Made by a program: the position numbers and the translations under genes
Shown here: positions 24,580-37,740 of the stretch, in pieces
How the letters are laid out: each line of letters opens with the position of its first letter
How positions within the stretch are numbered: position 1 is the first letter of the stretch
The notes under the pieces: model-generated
What the model was told of the DNA's origin: nothing
Databases searched by the model: none
What the model saw: the letters and a program-made list of their open reading frames with translations, nothing else
Origin: Bigelowiella natans CCMP2755
Taxonomy: Eukaryota > Protista > Cercozoa
Assembly (NCBI GenBank): GCA_000320545.1
Contig: ADNK01002350.1
Span: 1-47,081 of the forward strand
DNA length: 47,081 nt
Reading direction: 5' to 3'

Positions 24580-25221
24580 CATATATTTCTCTCTTACTCT
24601 AGCATTTGTATCCACTGCGTTTCCTTTTCTTTTCCCCTCAAATGCGATGGTTATTTTCCTCCTACCTACTGCTGCCGCTCCTGCATCGTTCGTTAATATC
24701 AATCATAAAAAGGTCCCCTTCTTCGAGTGATAGCATAAGAGGGGGGGCGACCTCGTTCTCTGGGGATCAGCTGCCGACAAGGGACGAGATATTAGAGCAT
24801 CATGTAGGAAGGAAGAGCTAGGAAATTCACCAAAACAATTATAGCAGTGCCGTGTTCCCACAACAAAATGCTTCGGGTGGGGGGAGGGGGGGGGGGTTAT
24901 TGTCTTCGCCTATTTTGAACGCAGGGAAAAGCACAAATGCTCTCCGAATCTCCCTCCTAACATTTCCTTGTAACACGGTTTTGGCTATATGATGACGCGC
25001 TCGAGCCATCAGGCGTTCTTATCGTAATTTCGATACATACACAACCAAACCATAGAAGATTCGCTTGGCCCCTGTTGCTGATGCTCTGGGCGGTATTGTT
25101 TTGTGTCTGCTCACAGCAAAAGGTCAACACCGTCTACGGAATGCTAAGTCGCTTCCAGGTAGTGACAGCTCTCGAGGATGATCGAAGACCAACAGCTATA
25201 ATTAGTGATCAGTAGCTTTTT

Positions 25222-25279
<58 letters not shown>

Positions 25280-25281
25280 AT

Positions 25282-25318
<37 letters not shown>

Positions 25319-25964
25319 AGGAAACCTCGGAGCAGCTGCCATTGATAATCGAGCGCTTAAAGTCGCTAAGGTCAATGAATGATGGATGCGCGCGATAACA
25401 AATGGTGCGGGAATACAGTGCCTGCAACGGAAGTAGTTGATTGTGTGAAAATGGCCCCAAAATTACGCTCGCATTGAGAGGAGATCTTCCACTTTCCAGC
25501 TTCCTTGTGAGTATATATTTGCTCCTCCTCCCTTTATGTAGAGCCTTGCATGAGCACAGCGCAACCGCAATGTCACGTTTAAGCAAACTGGAGCAGCAAC
25601 AGGCTACATTGGACACCATCTTGAAGCAAAATCAACAGGTTATCTAATCATCCCCCCCCCCCCCCGCACAAACGCTCCGATATGATGTTATGATCTCCAG
25701 ATTCTGTGTGCATCATTCCTTCCATTTCCCTCTCCTGCTGCTGCTTTATTACAGATGTTGTCACGTATGGAGAACAGCTTCGCGACGAATATGAAGACCA
25801 TGATCAACAACACCCAGGGAGGCTTCTAACGTTAAGCCCCCCCCCCCCCCCTTTCTCATCTCATATCTAGTGCTGTTAGTGCTGATGTAGTTGTATGTAT
25901 TTGTGTGCCTTCGATGATGAAGATCCTGGAAGAAAAATTCGCGAAGCTGAGCAGCAGAAATTAG
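21995..25964 (+). CDS. DCTN2: Dynactin subunit 2 (p50 dynamitin), multi-exon
   Basis: ATG-only first exon, then IPIYETEDV, QSPLQRYTQLKNEVNEFMEDL, IQYELY...IKELDKRIGSLEKIVG, LLDKHKLDSISRRV, QKVNTVYGML, LPLIIERLKSLRALHEHSATAMSRLSKLEQQQ, NMKTMINNTQ/ILEEKFAKL, all matching dynamitin motifs; phases consistent. Confidence 0.88.
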
Positions 25965-26289
25965 TTATATGGGTATAGCAGAGAGCCTGTATTAAAAGGC
26001 TATCGTCAAAATTAACCAATGATTCCAGGAACGAAGCTCTAAATTCTATGATGCACCTAAGCTACAGAAAAGTAGGAATATAAAACTATGTAAACCATAG
26101 CATTCCATTGCTTATGTATGCGCGCACACTGCAAGACTGTTATTACAAGCAGCGGCTGCTAGGCTTTACTGCACATGCTATAACGCGACAAAGTTAGGAA
26201 GCAATACACACATAGGGAGACTTTAGTAATTTTTCTATTGATCAAAATAGTAATAAGTAGGCTTGTTAGCTGGAGCTGTAATGTTGGCT

Positions 26290-26560
26290 AGCTGATACGC
26301 ACATAACCGGGCTAGCGGGGTGCGAGCTGTGCAGTGCACCAACAATGAAACAACATCTCATCGTACTGCCCATGCATCCTGATCTAGTAATGCATGCAGA
26401 CGGTCATTGAAGAAGAAACGCGCACGTCACGCCATACAATCGACGCACATTAAAATTCGCAGGCGCTGAGTGCATGCAAAAATGCAATGTGTCTGAATGA
26501 TCAAATTCTTAAGAATGAATTTTAAATGTCATGCCTGCGCGAGCTTCCATCTATGCAATG
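26290..26560. other. Weakly TpA-depleted, TG/CA-rich intergenic patch
   Basis: tgca/catg enrichment between convergent 3' ends; several TAs remain. Confidence 0.4.
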
Positions 26561-26805
26561 ACGGTGTCGTCTCCGAAATATTGATAGGAATGATTGATCG
26601 AACGCTACATGAATCCCAAAACAATGTGCATCGCTATGTCATGTGAAACAAGCTAGACGTACATCGATTAGATTCGAGAAGAACATACATGTTGCTTTCA
26701 CTTGGGCTGAATTCGAAATGCCCGGACGGTCTAAATTCCTCTTGTAGATCACAGTTGATTCTTTGTGGTGGAAGAGTATTTTTTGGAGGTCGACATCTTG
26801 CTATA

Positions 26806-29800
26806 TCAATCAACAATTCTAACAACATCATAACGGGCGCCACTTCGCATTGTCAAACTACCCCGAACAAAACCCTGATCTAGGGGACTGTTTGAATCTT
26901 TTTCATTCAATGCATTCACAACTCCTGCCACAGATGTAGTGAAGGATGTAGAAGGCGAAAACTGGCGATGTCTAGGCATTTTGTTCGAAGAGCTACATGC
27001 AGATTTGTTCGATGACCCATCAAATGATAACGTTTTCTCGAGGGGTGTGCTAGTTGCTTGTAAATAGTTTGAAGCAGAAACAGACACCTCCGAAAAAGGA
27101 TTTGAATGTGTTGGTATACTTTGGATATGATTTGAATATGTGGGACTAAGCTGGGCCTCCTGCTCCTTTGTTTCACTTGCACAGATCTCACTGAGTTCAG
27201 TAATTTCGATCATACGGATTGGCTTTTGTGAAAATCTCAGGGCTCTAGAATCGGACTTCGATTGCATTGTGCGAAATCGGGACGAAACCTTGTTTTGGCT
27301 ATTTGCATCATTAGTGTACGCTCTTGAATTTGGTCCAGAAGTGTTTTCCCGCGACGTAATCTCTGTGCTCCCAGCCGATTTCAAACGTCTTAGATTATTG
27401 CTATTTGTTCGTCCAGAATTTGTGTTAGAACTAGTATTTGTGAGAGTCTTTCGGATTGTTGATCTGATGCTCAGGATTGATCTTGTCCAACGAAGTCCGC
27501 GCAGGAAGTCTATTTGAAGAAATAACATCACAATGTCCGCACAATAGAACACTAGGAGTGCGATGAGAATGCTTTGGTTATCTTCCGATCCGAGCCCGAC
27601 GGCAGCTACTAGAGCCACACTTTGGACGAAGAGGAGGAGACTAATTGTATAAATGTAGGCGCGAACGCTGTACAGCCTAATATCGTCCCGAAGATGTTGC
27701 AACTTGGCCATTAGCTTTACTGTTTTTTGGCCGACGTAGATAATCGATGCACTGAATGTCAGGGATATCACCGCCAGGCCAAGCGGACCTGCAATGCTGT
27801 ATGGCCTATCTGGGTAGAAAATAAAAATGGCAAAGCTAATCCATACTACAGTGACTACTACCCCCATAGCCGCGAAAATCACCCAGCGGTGATTGGTGAA
27901 CATGTTATTTGCCAAATTGTTTACACGAGCGTTATGGTTGATAACGCCCCACTGATACACGGAGACGATGTAACTCCCCCAGACCATTGTATGGGGCAGA
28001 GCAATAAGAAAGAGTAAGAGGGACTTGTCTAATTCGTACGCGTGCATATCGGGAACTCGATTCGAGAGAATAAGGCAGAGAGGAATGCTCATCACACATT
28101 GAAGGCACATGAATCCGTATTTGATGATATTAAACGCATTTCCATCAGACTTTACCTCATTAAATCCAGAATATATTAGCATTATGAGAAGTAAAAAGTA
28201 AGAACTTGCTGCACCTAGAAGTACATAAGAGGATGCTTCACTCGTTTCTTCTTTGCAGATTATTTGTGACTCGAGAATTGCAAACTGAGTTAGATGGCTG
28301 CAGATGCAGCGAGGATTACCCAAGGAATCGAATTCAGTTTCACAACCCTCTGTACTAAACTGTCTAGTCTCCACGTCCCAAAATTGACACGAGAACACCT
28401 CCTCTCTCTCACAACCATCTCGGGATGGCTGGGTCATAGATTGGAAGGTGATGTTGAATTCGTTCATATTGGTCGGGCTCAAAATAGATGTGTTAGTCGT
28501 TACTGAGGTGACATTCGTTGTGAAAGTAAAGCCAGGCGGAGGTGGGCGGCAATTTTGTAGCGATGGAATTATGGAACTTATACTTAGGACGACAGTTGGA
28601 CCTCCTGTGTCCTGGAGACCAGCTCTAACTGCAACATTTGTTGTGGATGCTTCGAGCCCATTCACATTCGCGAGTAGATTCTGGGCACTCGCAGAAACTA
28701 TCTCATTATTCACAGTAAATGCTGCCTCCTGTGGCACAAGAGCACTGGCAGCCTGGCCAAGAAACTGTGGGTAGAAGACAAGGCGATAAATGAGCTTTAC
28801 AAAGTGATGAGTATGAAGTGTGTGTTTACCTGGTCAAGCAATTCTATGGCCATGTCAACACCCGCACAGTCTTCAAAGTTAGGACTTGCTTGAATTCCCA
28901 CATTTATTATATTGCTGATGACAACTCCAACGTCCGCACCAAGTTCTGTATCTACTATGTCTATCGGTGAAGTTATCCCAAGGGTGTTGTCTAAAATCAT
29001 CGTGTAGTCCTCGACATCTGTAGGGGTAGGGTTTCTCGCCGTAGAATTAACCAATAGCCCGACATCCTACGTATCCATTTCCGCAAGAAAACACAGTGCA
29101 ATCAACACACGCTACTTGTTTGTGGCGCTATGACGTCCAGACAAAAACACACATGCAATGCCAGTTTTGGAGTGCTGGAGTGGACAGCGCACACTGACGT
29201 GCACAGTGTCTTGCAGATGAAAGTAAAAATGAATAATTACTCATTGTTTTGTATTTAAGACAAAGTAGATACCTGAACGATGACATTTGTGCTTGCAACA
29301 TTCACAGGAGGAGCATCGTTGATAGATCTCTTAAACGCATCCGAGAATACATTCCATAGACGTTGGGAAAACGAGATAAAAGAATCAGTAGAGTCTCGAC
29401 TACCCTCTCCGTTTATAGCTCCAAGAAAGTCAGGGCCGCAATTGCTTAACAAATCTGATATCTGAGGGATTCTTTCAATGATATCCAGTCCAAGCCTAGT
29501 CGTTCGTAGTTCTTCCTCATATGCACCCCGCTGGTTAAGGCGAAGAAGTCCCAAATCAATCAAACCCTCTGTTGGTAAAGATACTAATTCATTCTCTGAG
29601 AAGACGTTTACAGTCCCCATGATCGATCGTAAATTAGAATTTACATCTGCTGTTGTTTGACACTGAAGAGTGAAGTCGGGGCCAGACTCTGGATCTACTG
29701 GAATAATAATGACTTCCACGTTTTCGTCGGATGTAACCAAAACACTAGTTGAGGCAGATGATTCACCTCCTATACCATCTCGGACTACCACACGAATAGT

Positions 29801-32791
29801 TTGATTTCCTGCAGGAAGTACGAATCCGAGATCATTGGAGGGGGAAAAGCTTCCGATAATCATATCATTTTGCAAAAATTGATACTGCAGTCCAAAATTG
29901 TTGTTAGCGTTGCTCTGCACAACAGCGCTGAATGTTGTGTTGAAAGCTATCCCTTCCAAGGGGAAGACTTCAAATGCAGTTATTTCCGGTGTGGCAAACA
30001 CATCGATTCTAATACTAGTTGTAGTTGCTAGTTTTGTAGATTCATCAGTCACGGTAACTACAAAATTGAAGGCACCTACTCCTACTGCCTTGGCAGGAAC
30101 TATGATTGACGCCGTTGGGGTTAAAAATTCCGTGAGATTTTCTGACAATTCGATTCCTTCCTCGCTTTTCGCAACAGGAGCGTCATTTATCACTCCAGGT
30201 TCTAGGTCAGTAGGAACATCTCCGGTCACCTGAGGCACTTCATTATCCACTGGCACATCTGGGTCAACGACATTTGCTTCTGAAAAGACACGCCACACAT
30301 ATGTGAGCACGTCCGTTTTTCTTAGCTCTGAATCTGGGGAAGAAACCCTTGCATCCACTACAAGCCTAATCGTACCCGTTACTGGCAAAACCACTGATTG
30401 AGCGCTGATGCGAGCACTTGGAGGTAGATCAATTGGGGTTGGAAAACGTGTTGGAGATCTCGTAGGAAAACGTGTTGGAAAATCTGTTGGAAAACTCGTC
30501 GGAGATTTTGAAGGGACTTTTATCGTTGGTGATATCGAAGGTGAACTAGTGGGAGAGGTAGAAGGGTTTCGAGTAATTGTCGGCGAGCGCGTAACGGGAG
30601 AGAGTGTTGGAGTTTCTGTGACTACTCTTATGTTTATAAGCTGAGGAGCAGTGCCGAAAATCTGATGGATGCGCAGATATTATCTACGAATTACTTTTTT
30701 TTATATTTTACATCCTACCTCTCCGACATACATAGTTTCAAGCCCAGGCTCGAAATGCAAGGCCTATTGCATGCATAGAAAATTTCATTTTTATTGAAGA
30801 GATCATTCCTGAAATATTTCTTTATGCTTACTGTTGGGAACAGAAGAAGTGCCGCATTAGCATCGCCATTCACATTCCCAGGTATACCATCTCTCCCAAT
30901 TAGTATTTCCGCTGCATTTCCAGTCTTTGAAGGATCGATCGAAAGTAATGTGTGATTTTCCTAATATCATTATGCAACAGTGGGAGTTTATCGGCAATGT
31001 ACTTTTATTCAAGTAGACCGGTGCTGTCAGATAGAGTAACTCCTTATTAGATCCGGGCACTAGTGTGACTGAGATTCCTCCAATTCTCGGAAAAACATTT
31101 CCGTTTACACCGGAGACACCCCTTTAAAAATAAATATGAGAACCAGAAAGCAATAAATAAGTTGGAATTGACAATTGAACATTGGGAACGTTTCACTCAT
31201 ATTGTTGCAGATACTACATGCTCAATTATCATAGGAAATAAGTAATCACCCGGAGTCTAATGTCGTAATTTTAGAAGTCGAAAGCTTAAGGCGTTGAATA
31301 ACCTGTGCCCCATTTGTAGGATTTCGGTCCAAAATGTACCTTTATTTATGCATCAATACCGAAGTTACTTTCAGGCATACTCGACAGTCATTGATACCAG
31401 CACATACAAATAGTTTGATTCTTGCCGATATCCTATAGCGGTGATATATGTGAAAGGAGTCTGGCCCACACCGAACTCAGAAATTATGACTGTACTGACT
31501 TTGTTATTCTGCAGAATAACACGAGATAGTGATCAAATTTACCAAATACATCTTCATAACTGTTATCATCTTTGTTGAAAACAAGCTTGCTTACAATGGG
31601 ATCCACTTCGCGAATGAATGACGTAAATGTTGAGTTATCATTATCCCCGATATAGTACTTTCTTGACATATAATCTACAGCGATTGCTCGTGGGGCCTTC
31701 GTATACAAAAGGTTTTATGTGTTTATTTTCAGGAAATTGTGTATGTTTGACTATTTTACAAAGAATCTAGCTGTTGACAGAGTTCCATCCTGTTGTTGTA
31801 CGCCTTGTTCCCTTCTTGGGATGACTGTAGTCACCTAAATCATACAAGGCTTATTCTTGAAAACCATAAATCAGCATAAGAAGAATAATGTTACCTCCTG
31901 CGTAATAACATGTACCCTCCGGATGGAAGTTGCGCCCTGTACAGATGTAAAGACGAAATCATGAATTCAAGCAATGCGGCCGAATTTTGTGCCTACTTCA
32001 TCGCAGATTAGAAGACGATTAAACTCAAGATCTTCCCAATCCAAACCCTGAACGTCAACAAAGCTGGAAAGGAGAAAAATGATAAATGGATAATATTTTT
32101 AATTGAGATCCAACCATGAAAATACATGTGCATGTTTTATTTGCACGTACGTTGCACTTGAGCCCATCCCATCTGCAGCTGTGCCATTCATGGGAGAGCT
32201 CTGCAAAATTGTTCGAATATTGTATTTCAGATCTAGAGCTTATTGTTTCAGATAGGCAACATCTTATGTACCCCTCCTGCAACACTGTTGAGCATCGCGT
32301 CCTCAACTGAAACGCTTCGAATTTCTTGCTGAAAAGAGAGAAATAAAATGGTATTGTGTCTTAGATTCGAAGAAAGGTTCCTCACGATATCAGTCCAAAA
32401 TAGTTCTCCCGTATCCGTACGGTAAGTAAGATCGTTCATGGTATCATTCCCTGAACGAATTCCTCGTCTGTCATTGAATTTCAATTGTCGATTTCAATAA
32501 AAGATGTACCTGCTCCACCTCCAGTTAAAGAGGATACGAACTAAAGGGAAAACAATAAATGAAGATCACACTATGGAATAGTCGATGTTGAAAAATTGAA
32601 AAATTCATTGTGAATTTGCTGTTCATTGATCGAAAGAATCGAATCACGATTAACGATTAACGCTAGGAAGATTCTCGTAACACACTACTCGAAAACAACG
32701 AACCAACCGGGAAGTCAATGGTCTGTGCCTGTGACGATGGGTGGAGACATCCCCAGATGAAAAGAACGGTCAGCACGGGCGGCAGTCCCAT
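26806..32791 (-). CDS. Adhesion-GPCR/polycystin-like protein: signal peptide, beta-propeller-like repeats, Pro/Thr stalk, REJ-like domain, GAIN/GPS, 7TM, Ser-rich tail
   Basis: GPS CQFWDVETRQFSTEGC...CICSHLTQFAIL followed by seven hydrophobic helices; REJ-like VFPLEGIAFNTTF...LQYQF...VLPAGNQTIRVVVRDGIGG; SPT/FPT repeats 30430-30620; YWTD-like GELFWTDI, PRAIAVDYMSRKYYIGD; signal MGLPPVLTVLFIWGCLHPSSQA. Confidence 0.85.
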
Positions 32792-32870
32792 GACCCCACT
32801 GCTCGTACAAAAGCACACGCGCATCCCGGTGAGAGTACTGAGGGATTTATATTTCAACGATAATTGTGTA

Positions 32871-33990
32871 AAAAGCATCGCATTCCTGACACGCGACAAC
32901 GCCAAATCATCCAGATGAAAGTTGCAAGCAAGCGACCACGGGGTTGGGGCAGTGAGCTCTTCCTTTGCTGGAAAAAACAATCAGCATCCACAAAAAGTGG
33001 AATGTGCTGCCTTTGCCAACCTGCGACAACCTTCTCAGAGCCTTTCCACCTAGGCCGAAGAGCTCACTCTTCCCTCACTCTTCCCTCATTTTCAATCAAT
33101 GAGAGTTCATTCCGCCATTTTGTGCGAGAATTTTGACACAAATCGAGGTCGTTTTCGTTCAAATTTGTGCTGCACTTCTCTTGCTTGGCGCGTGGTTTGT
33201 TTTCCCCAGTTTCATTTGCTCATTCATCGGTTGCAGATCGATCAGCATTGTGGTTTGGTTTGTGGTGTGTGTGTGTGTGCAATGGAGGTGTCACACACGA
33301 GTGCACTGTGCAAAATGACGTGCAAACTTTTGCCACGTGTGTCCCAGTGAACCACTTGCTAGCTTGCATGGACACAAACACGCATGGCCAGTTCTCTGTC
33401 TTGACAGACAAGCTTGGGCACACTTGCTAGCTTGCTAGCTAGCTAGCGTGGTGCACGTGCACAACGTTTGACTCCGTTGTCCCGTGAACAGCTTGTGCAG
33501 GCTGTTGGATTGCACTTGACTTTCGGGTGATGCAACGTTGGATCGATCAGTCAGCCTGGCTGCACGAGGACGCGCATCGCAAAATGAAGTGTCTCTGCAA
33601 TTGACAGTGAAGACTTCCACCGTGGAAAGTGTTGAACATGCCAACGCTAGCTTGCTAACAAGTTGTTGCACGACGCGAGTGACACATCCCTGCGTCATTG
33701 CCATGCTCCACCCGTCTCTAGCTAGCTAGGTTTTGCCGTGCGAACATGCAACAAGTCTCACGCGCCCGTGCGTGCACGCACTAACTCGCAGAGCGCTAGA
33801 GCGAGGGAGCTAGGGAGGATGAAGGCACACCCATGCATGGTCTCAGGGAGCAATCTTGCAATGAGCAGGTGCCCCAACGCATTAGTGATGGATTCAACAC
33901 TCCTCATGAAAAAGACCTGCTCTACAGATGCTCAGCATTGCATTTATTCCACGCAAAGTGGCCATTGCAGAGACCTTGGAGACAGAACTT
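32871..33990. other. TpA-depleted island 6
   Basis: Manual count for 32871-33900: 15 TAs, 12 in CTAG and 3 in CTAA/TTAG. Confidence 0.9.
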
Positions 33991-36007
33991 TATCCTTGGT
34001 CGAAGAAAATCTTCACTTCATCACCTGTGAAGACGTGATTTTTCAAAGGTGGAGACACAGTGATTCCATAAGCCTGTGGCGTTCTGTCTAAATTGTGCTG
34101 CAACATTGACTCTATGATTCTGTAATTCGTTTTTCCAATCATAAGTCTGTCTCCTATAGGATATTCTTTGTCCACGGGTATCATCAGAACATCTTTGCCT
34201 TTTCGGTGATTAAAAATGGGGCGACCGATCCAATGGTTCGATTGTTGGTCTTCTTGATCATCTTGGGTGAGATCTATTTCGTTGGGAAACCGGTTAGTAA
34301 CATTGGCCTTATTCAATTCAACATTTCCTTTTGCTGGGCTGGCGTTGTTACTGTGCATTAGTAAATCTCCATCGTCAAAGGAAAGTTCATGTGACTGCGA
34401 GGGTTCTACAGCTTTCAAGGAAGAGAAGGAGAGTATCTTTCCCGGGACTTGCTTCTGAACGACAGGAAATAATCGTGCATTTTTGTCTTTCTCCTCATTA
34501 GTTGACGATTGCTTTGTCTCTTCCTCCACAATCCTCTCTTCCCCCTTCTGGATACTGATGCAAGTACTTATTGGAACTGGATCGTACTTCTTCTTGTTAC
34601 TTGCGTTGAAATCATCCAAATCAGAGTCAAAATCCGAATCATCACTAATAACTATTTCACACTCTTTTTCGTCGTCTTTCTTATTTAGCTGTCTTGATTT
34701 CTCACTAGCATCTGCTTGATAACGCGCCTTAAATTCTTCCAGCTGAGTATCAGACTCTTCCTCTTCCTCTTCTTCTTCTTTTTCTGTTCTTATCTTGAAC
34801 CCAATCATTTCGATATCTCTATCATCAAATCTCATAATATTGTTGCTGTTGGGACCATTTTCAACGCTCCTCCCTTTATCTTCATCTTCAGAATCGTCAC
34901 TGTGCAGCTTGATAGCATCATCTAGGCAAGAACTATTTATACTTTTCGGATGTCTTCCTGACTTTCTGCAGCTCGAGCTGATATTTTGATATGCACTTTC
35001 CGGATGGCCTCCACGACTAATCGATGAAACGATAATGTCCTCAAAATCATCAAATGAATTTTGGTCGTCCTCTTTCTCCTCCTCCACATCCTCCTTCTGT
35101 TCTCTATATTGGTCACTCTCAGCAACAGCATTGGATTTTTCCTCGAAAGGTGTGTTAAGCTGCTGGGGATATCGAATTACTGGTTCCCGATCAGATTTGT
35201 TGATACGTTTGACAATGTCTCGAACAGTTTTCCATAGGCTGACACACAAACAAACGATGATGACATACACTGGCAATCAGTATCGTGATATAATACAATT
35301 GACCAAAAGGCAATCGCTACATATGCGTGCGTATAAACACGACTAATCAATATTTGTAAACTGGTTATCGGCATCATCGTCTTCATCCTTTTCCTCCTCT
35401 ACTCTTTACAATACCTGTGAGAGTTGCGCGCAGCTTGAAGTATGAGCTCCCACTTCCGCGTCAACTTCCCAACAAAGAACCTCCCAACGATAATTAAATG
35501 CCTGCGCGCTCTTGTTATGGCCACATTGATGCGGTTCGGGTTATCCGTGAATTCGTTGTTTTTACCGACCGGTCTAACAGTGTTCAGAATGACGATATCC
35601 TTCTCCGCCCCTTGAAACGCATCCACAGTGGAAACTTCAAGCTTTTCCTGACTGCTACCATCACGATTATTGCCATTTGTTTCCCCTTCTAATTTTTTCC
35701 ATATCTGGTCCTCAAAGATGTCCCTTTCTTCTTCATCCAACGGCTTCTTCGCACTCGCTGCCCGGGCTAGGACACCCGACAGCTTATCCTTTAGGAGTTG
35801 GACTTGAGCTTTGTATAATGATATCACTCCAATTTGTGACAATGGGACCCCTTTGCTTGCTAATGCTCCCTAGTGTGATGAGTGACGATGTATTCGATGG
35901 CAAGCTTATAGCCACAAAAACGTGAATATAACCACAAACACACATGAACATACACACATGCTCACCAAATACAAATATTTTTTGGTAAATATATGCTCTC
36001 CCTCTCC

Positions 36008-36056
<49 letters not shown>

Positions 36057-37699
36057 TGTATGCGTTTGGAGAGGGGGGAGGGATTGGATACGTGCGTGTG
36101 TGTGATCTGGACTCAAAAAGTGATGATGATGACCGACCACAATCGCATCTACAGCGAAAGCTTCTTTATCATTGACGAAGGAGTTTTGCTTAGCTTCCGG
36201 GCTCGAAGTGTGCAGATCACAAACGACAACGGGTGGCAGCGCTGACACCACTGGGAGGCGTTCATGTTCTGTGATCCCATCACGCAGCTGGTTCGAGTAG
36301 AAGAGCTCATTAGCCAGTGTACTGATTTTAGGATGACAACGATACTGGTTTCGTAGCAGAATTGGTGTGCTCACGGTTGATAATCTTGCAAAGAGACCGT
36401 CTCCGAGGGAGGAGAAGGAGGAGGGGAAGGAGTTGATGGTGCTGTTGCTGTTGGAGAAGTGAGGAGATAGGACTGGTGGTAGCTGTTTAGGGTCTCCACA
36501 TGCTAGCAACGCTTCGCAGCCATACTGGATGCAGAGTAGCGACATCGGTTCTATCATCTGACTACACTCGTCGAGACAAACAATGCTGGAGTAACAGAGG
36601 AAGGAGGGTATTTGATGTAAGGTAAATATTTGACTTTATGTTGTCATAAGATTTGTGCTGGATTGTGACTCTGTATTAAATATGTACACAACAGGCATGT
36701 CAATATTTGTGTGAAGAGGGTTTTGTATCGAACCTGAACTTTTGATTCGCAAGGATGGGAAATGTTGAGGACCTCGTAGTCGCTCCTACTACCCTACACC
36801 TTGAAAGACTCTCCGCATTCTTCTCATTTGACTCTAAAGACGTAATGGCCCGCTTCACGTGCACCCTTTCTACGCTGTCAGCGGAGGCGGTGTTTAGCCT
36901 CCCTTTAAGCTCTTTGACGCAGTGTCGCGTTTGGATCGTCTCATTCTTATCGTTGAACGGGTAGGCGTACTCAAGGATGGGCGCGGAGATTTTCTTCTGG
37001 CTTCCTACTCGGCCAAAGTCAGAAAACCCGTTCTTGAGCAAGCCCTCCAGGATCCGATCCACGGCTACGTTTGTTTTCCCGCCGACCAAGATCCTTACCT
37101 CTTTCTCCGGGTCATATTTGTCCAGGATCGAGGAGAGCACTATGATCGTTCTCACAATCACGGTGCTCTTACCGGACCCGAACGGCCCGTGCACGAGGCA
37201 GATTCTATTGTTTACTGACCCTTCTATCAGACTCCCGCCCAACCAGCTGGTGCACACCTCCATTACCTTCTTCTGATCAGAATTCATTTGATGTGTCGTA
37301 CAGACCTCTCGGACGCTTTCGGAGAGTACTTCTTCGGACACACGCAAGGCTGCGAGGGGATTCTTATCCCCTTGCCCGCTTGCGCAACCCGCACGCTGTG
37401 AATGCAGCTTCCGTCTATTACTCGCATATGATGTAATATTCGAGCTAGCGGATTGGGTAGCAGCACTGCTGTCACGACTGCCGCGACAGAAGGCGTTGAT
37501 GACTGGGACATCGCGAGGAGATAGTGATTCTAAACACTTAAGCATTTCGAGGATATCCGCGGCGTTGTCCCCACGAATTGCATAGAGCGATTCATGCTGG
37601 GAAGGCCATAGCCCCTGCGATCCCATCGGTTTCACCTGATGCGGAAGGTTCAATCTTAAGAAGGAGCGCAGCATTGCCTAGGCGAGAACAACACAGCAC

Positions 37700-37740
<41 letters not shown>

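Noticed and set aside
24740-24810. A second GG splice donor in DCTN2 at ~24782
   Set aside because: A fully canonical in-frame model exists (CG|GTACCC..TAG|C ATA...CAT|GTAGGA).
14042-25619. ORFs with YIYI, HTHT, CVCV, LSLS or ERER runs
   Set aside because: Translations of intronic microsatellites.
30408-30644. Plus-strand ORF with VG repeats (and similar antisense ORFs over genes)
   Set aside because: Antisense shadow of the Pro/Thr stalk of the minus-strand receptor.
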